A stretch of 62,824 bases of DNA, counting the filler, from Asterionella formosa (Eukaryota), in the NCBI GenBank assembly GCA_002256025.1. It is 10 parts of 10 records of this genome, joined end to end, with 100 filler letters (N's around TTAATTAATTAA, not from the genome) between each part and the next. Parts side by side here need not be neighbours in the genome. Positions count along the whole stretch, not along the records: positions 41,152 to 59,164 come from NKIB01004193.1; positions 59,265 to 60,384 come from NKIB01004194.1; positions 60,485 to 61,604 come from NKIB01004195.1; positions 61,705 to 62,824 come from NKIB01004196.1; 6 more parts are not named here. One strand, 5' to 3'. Shown here one piece after another: positions 58,120-62,824 of the stretch (positions are counted from its first letter, which is position 1; every line of letters starts with the position of its first letter). Made by a program: the position numbers and the translations under genes. Below the pieces are notes generated by a model, which worked only from the letters and a program-made list of their open reading frames with translations, was not told the origin of the DNA and searched no databases.

Positions 58120-59164
58120 ATGCAAACCAGCACCACCATGCCGAAGTCAAGAAAAAGTCGAGCTTCCAACATCAAGAAGGAGACAGAAGCACTTCATTAT
58201 GCTCAGGTCATTATTCAATGCAACATGCTTGGCATTGTTACAGAACTTGAAGCAATCAAGGCGAACAATAATGGAAAGCTCCCATACTACGGAGCCATTA
58301 CCAACATGGTGAAGGCTCAGACGGTATACTTCCCTTCTTGGCTTACCAACAAAAAAGTCGACTACTCGTTACCAAAGGCAGGTGCTAGTGCTGTCCCCAA
58401 CATGGGTATACTATCAGGAGATTCTCAGGCAGATATGCGCTCATTTTACTATTCAAGTACTAGTAGAACATCTACTTTGACAAGAGAAGAGGATGACAAC
58501 ATGACAGTACATGATAATATCAATGCTATTAATATTACTATTGAATTATTTTCTACAACTATGACTACTACTGCTGCAGTTAGTGTTCCTGCAGTCATTG
58601 TCCCCATGACCACCATACTACTTACTGGAGGCCGGCCAAAGGGAACCACTCAAATGGCATCAGCATCGATGCAAAGAAGAAAAATGGAAGAATGCATTGT
58701 CTAGTCGGCCACAGAATACATGAGGGTTAGAGAAGGACTGCATCAAAAGAACAAGAAAGCAAGTAGATTCACACTTGCCTGCATAATTGTGGGGAGAAAA
58801 GAGGCGCTTGGTTTCCTCCTGGAGTTGAAATAAATACAGAAGCAGTGAGAGCGAACTCGGGCAAAACACAAAAAGCCCCAGGGAAAAAACGAAGCTTCAA
58901 TGTCACCAATGCTCGAAGTTGAGCCATACATTATTGTGCTGATTGAACAACTCTCCAAAATGAGAGTCCCAATTACATGTTGGCAGGGACTGGAACTTGC
59001 TAACTCACTTGTGTCTGGTAAATCCATCATGGAAAAAATTGTGCTGTGGAGGCAGAAACATTGTATTTCATTCAGAGAGGATCCAACATTGTCTAAACCA
59101 CTGGGATCAGGGTACTGGAGGGGATTCATGATTCGCAATTGGCTTCATGTCAAGGCAAAGAAAG
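58120..59164 (+). mobile_element. Degenerate pogo/Tc5-like transposase N-terminal region (CENP-B-type HTH), cut by the contig end
   Basis: GGRPKGTT; SPMLEVEPYIIVLIEQLSKMRVPITCWQGLELANSLV...LGSGYWRGFMIRN; internal stop and frameshift. Confidence 0.65.
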
Positions 59165-59264
59165 NNNNNNNNNNNNNNNNNNNNNNNNNNNNNNNNNNNN
59201 NNNNNNNNTTAATTAATTAANNNNNNNNNNNNNNNNNNNNNNNNNNNNNNNNNNNNNNNNNNNN

Positions 59265-59982
59265 GAGTTGCACCTATCGTGTTCTGGTTGATAAAGATTT
59301 CCGCAACACCATCGATGATGCCCTGTCCGCCAGCAGGGACTAATTTTAGCGCATTCCAACTGCAATCTTGATAGACACTTGAAAGGGTCGCTCCGGCGCC
59401 ACTGAAGAGACGACTAGACATTGTTGTTGCGTTCAGCGAAACTGAAGCGTCCAAAGATGTCACTCGCAGCGCTAATACAGTGTTGGTACCAAAGTTCTTT
59501 GCAATCAGACGGCGCACAGGTGGAGCCGGTAAAATTACCACTTCAGAATCACCAGAAACAATGATGATATCATCCGAATCAGGACTGCGATATGCTTGAG
59601 CCCCCACAATTTGAATAGTTTGTTGAGTTTGCATGTTTTCGGAATCGATTGCGGAAACAATGGACTCAGGAAGAGTATACACCATTCCGGATGCTCCATC
59701 GTCCTCTTGGGCAGCAGTTGTCAAGCAGTTGTGTATGATTTCTCGTCTATCCCCTACATGATTCACTGCCGTGTGTTCTTCATACATGACGTGGGCTTCC
59801 ATCAATTGGCAAACAAGGTAACCGTCTAAAATATCTAACCAACGTTCCGCTTTGTGGCGAAGCTTAGGCTGCTCGTTACCTTTGCTTTCCTCGGTTTGAG
59901 AGACTGGAGACATCGATGAAGCAGTCAGTGTCAACGCGAGGAGGCCGAATACCAACATTTGGGATGCTTTTGATCTCATCAT
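59265..59982 (-). CDS. Secreted gametolysin/peptidase M11-like protein, N-terminal part only
   Basis: Signal peptide; prodomain ending RRLI; GTNTVLALRVTSLD...LFS...TLSSVYQDCSWNAL...DGVAEI. The HExxH motif would lie beyond the contig end. Confidence 0.7.
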
Positions 59983-61016
59983 TTCGTACGCTTACTAGAG
60001 CTATATATCAAATATTTGACAAACAATGAGAAGCAAAAGGTAATGCAATTTGTGAGCACAGGTTTTTGTAAACGATGCTTCACAGACAAGTTGCGGTTGC
60101 GTATGATTGCCCGAAATATGTTCACCCAATATCGACAAACAAATTCAATGTGGATGCTGATAAGTAAATCGTAAAGTAACTGTTCCAACTTTACCTTGTA
60201 TATTCAATGTTCGGTTTTTGATGATGTTATTTTTTACGCTTTTGTGAGATTGTTTTGTGTGTGGGGGGAATAAATTCGAAACTATTCAGAAATATCATGT
60301 GAATCAATTTCAACTTTCGGCCGTTCATTCCCTGCTGCCTAATGATAACAATGAAAATGAAAGGAATAAATCTCTATTGCCCTTNNNNNNNNNNNNNNNN
60401 NNNNNNNNNNNNNNNNNNNNNNNNNNNNTTAATTAATTAANNNNNNNNNNNNNNNNNNNNNNNNNNNNNNNNNNNNNNNNNNNNAATGTCAAGTTGTCAA
60501 GAGAAACGTGACTGTAACAGAACAAGGAAGCAGAAAGGGATAATGGTCTGTCAACTATAGGATTATACAGTGGGCAAGTGCTGGATCGGAAGCAATGCAG
60601 CACCGACATAATCAGTAATAGACATTAGATTGGCAGCGCAAAGCTACAGTTTCATAGTACCAGCGTCGTAATACATACACTTTCACAGTAGCCACGTCAT
60701 GTTCCAACCAGGTACCGGTATTGAAACAAGGAGGGAATGACGGGAATGTGGAAATTGTATTCATAGATATTGGTGCCTAGTAATCTAACTAAGTTTATGC
60801 TCATACTGCTTTCGACTTCTTTTCTAAGTGACTCCAGCCATTCAGACCCTTTATGTTCTTGTTCAGTTTCTGGTTTTTTGGTCGGAGGCACTGTTGTGGT
60901 CGTAGTCAAAAGTTTTCGTCGTTCTTAGTGCAACATGATGGAACAGGATGGACTAATTTATGAAATTTTTGATTGAAGGTTCAGATAAGGAATGTTTTAA
61001 ATGTAATTGAACGCTG

Positions 61017-61604
61017 TTAATTACTATTTATAAGATAACATCTTTTTATTTTGTGAAATGTTTGAATGGCCGCCTCCTCTTCTTCAAAGTCAAGGAGGTT
61101 GGTAGAATTTACGATCTTGGATGTATCCGAAGAAGGTATGGGATCATTCCTTACTAACTTTTTATATTCTTGATTGTAATTATCCCAGTCATACGTTGTC
61201 AACTCTTGAAAACGAAAAAAGTCTTGCCTACCTTCAATGTCGGGCTTACCCTCACTGTTTGATACTCATTCCTTTTCGATTGCGTTCTGTTGTTCAATAT
61301 CAACAAGAAGCTCTCTGTAGTGCTTCAGTTTTTCATCATTCCAGCAAAACGTCAACCCATTGACTCGGCATGAACTGTTTCCATTAAGGTTTTTGCGTCC
61401 CTTTGCAGATCCGCCAATCAAAACAATTTCTTCATAGGTAGTGGCGTTAAGGAACTGTTCAGGAAAATCAGTATCTTCATCCAGATACTGAAATTTTTTC
61501 AGGGTGCTGTTAACTAGAAATTTACCGCGAACACTCAGGAAAGTATAGGCCTCTGTGCTGGGATGAATGGAATCACCAACACGGGTGCCATCAAGAAGAC
61601 ACTT
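61017..61604 (-). mobile_element. Accessory-ORF remnant homologous to the Plavaka-like element ORF at 24304-24795
   Basis: SIHPSTEAYTFLSVRGKF...RVNGLTFCWNDEKLKHYRELL aligns by eye with LINASTEAFCFLVLKGKF...VSNGLTDQWTDELLGYYKEIY. Confidence 0.65.
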
Positions 61605-61809
61605 NNNNNNNNNNNNNNNNNNNNNNNNNNNNNNNNNNNNNNNNNNNNTTAATTAATTAANNNNNNNNNNNNNNNNNNNNNNNNNNNNNNNNNNNNNNNN
61701 NNNNATGTGTTCATCACGATAGTGCTACAACTGAAAATATGTACTGAAAGCTAGTAAGTGCGACACTATTAGGCAAAGATATTTACAACAAAATTTTCTT
61801 CTCCTCTCG

Positions 61810-62824
61810 TCACACTTGATACATTTCTCGCTCTTGTCCATCTGCTGGGTCAGGTAGCATATTTCCTGGCGATTTCCAATAAGTATAATTTCCACCATAA
61901 TGCAACACGAACCGTAATCCAAAGTAGTGATTGTCTCCAACTTGGGCCGTTGGGACGTACGAGCAAAGTTTAGGAACACGCAAACATGTAGATTGTGCGA
62001 CTGTTTGGTCTTCGCCAATAAACATATTGCGTTCTAAGAATCCTTTTATCGTTGCAATGTATTCTTGGTGCCATTGCTTCCATGTATCTCGATAGGCTGC
62101 CATTTGTGAACCAGAATGGTAAAAGTTTTCCTTTTGCGAGTACTTGTTATTCCACCAAATGTACCGTGGTACTTTTGTTTCATGGTGTGCCATTTGGAGG
62201 GTGGTCGTCTCTGGAACGACTTCATAGTGCACCATCATTGTTTTTCCGTTGTACTTGTCATTTCGAAAGCATCCAATGTCTGACCAAATATAAACGTGTG
62301 ATTGAAAGTAATCTTTCTTTATCGCATCTGTAACGAACCAAGATTTGGACAACCAAATCCAAAACAACTGGTACGATCTGTGAATTTGTCGTTCAGGATC
62401 TTGCTGCAATTGTCCTTCCCAAAATTGCGCACTGTATTCCTTTGCCAAGGGCAAGTCTGTCATGTCCATCCCAATCACCACTGTCCTGTCCCGTGCATGG
62501 GATCTATGTGTTTCCATATGTGCCACTAAATCATGAGATGTATAAATGACCATGCTGTCTTGGAGAGACAACATGTTGGCCATCCATTTGTTGTAATGTT
62601 CCTTTGGGAATTTTGACGCGAGTGAAAAGTAAGCCGTCACGATGGTTGCGTTGCTTTGTGGTCGTACTAGCTGCTGTTGCTGTTGTGTTGTCATGCCAAT
62701 CGGATCATTTCTATTCGACACGGTTTCGTTCAACGTGACCGATTTGTAATGGGTTGACACCATGGAACTCGTGCCAATGACAACAAACAGAACGAAGGTC
62801 AAACCTAAAGCTTGGACATGTGTA
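61810..62824 (-). CDS. HtrL/YibB-like (glycosyltransferase-like) type II membrane protein, 5' partial
   Basis: TM segment, then ATIVTAYF, YNKWMANML, IWLSKSWFV, IWSDIGCFR, FIGEDQ. The frame stays open to the window end. Confidence 0.75.
   Translation of the reverse strand, partial: THVQALGLTFVLFVVIGTSSMVSTHYKSVTLNETVSNRNDPIGMTTQQQQQLVRPQSNATIVTAYFSLASKFPKEHYNKWMANMLSLQDSMVIYTSHDLVAHMETHRSHARDRTVVIGMDMTDLPLAKEYSAQFWEGQLQQDPERQIHRSYQLFWIWLSKSWFVTDAIKKDYFQSHVYIWSDIGCFRNDKYNGKTMMVHYEVVPETTTLQMAHHETKVPRYIWWNNKYSQKENFYHSGSQMAAYRDTWKQWHQEYIATIKGFLERNMFIGEDQTVAQSTCLRVPKLCSYVPTAQVGDNHYFGLRFVLHYGGNYTYWKSPGNMLPDPADGQEREMYQV

Overview
Eukaryotic, intron-poor, AT-rich DNA whose gene content, short GT-AG introns, bipartite targeting peptides and transposon types look like a diatom (inference). 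The window is not one locus. It is ten contigs (18042, 18024, 1121, 1122, 1121, 1121, 18013, 1120, 1120 and 1120 bp) joined by an artificial N44-TTAATTAATTAA-N44 spacer, so adjacency across gaps means nothing. Recognisable genes: mitochondrial trifunctional enzyme alpha (HADHA-like), CPSF3/YSH1, a 4-exon UDP-sugar pyrophosphorylase, GUCD1-like, a 3-exon ATXR3/SDG2-like SET protein, CIA30-family, an ELO elongase, PDIA6-like, and partial peptidase M11, P-loop NTPase and HtrL/YibB-like genes. Intergenic DNA holds Copia, Gypsy, Harbinger, Plavaka-like, Crypton-like and pogo-like remnants, a higher-order satellite and GGTACC-rich tracts. Best candidate for something new: an 1820-aa orphan with CCCH and two dsRBD-like modules, followed about 420 bp after its stop by a near-perfect 142-bp inverted copy of its own coding sequence next to a Harbinger-type terminus, which could form a self-targeting dsRNA hairpin. 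Also notable: a USP ending in a CaaX box, a QxxHH-type elongase and a split degenerate bromodomain on the SET protein. All domain calls are by-eye motif recognition, with no database search.
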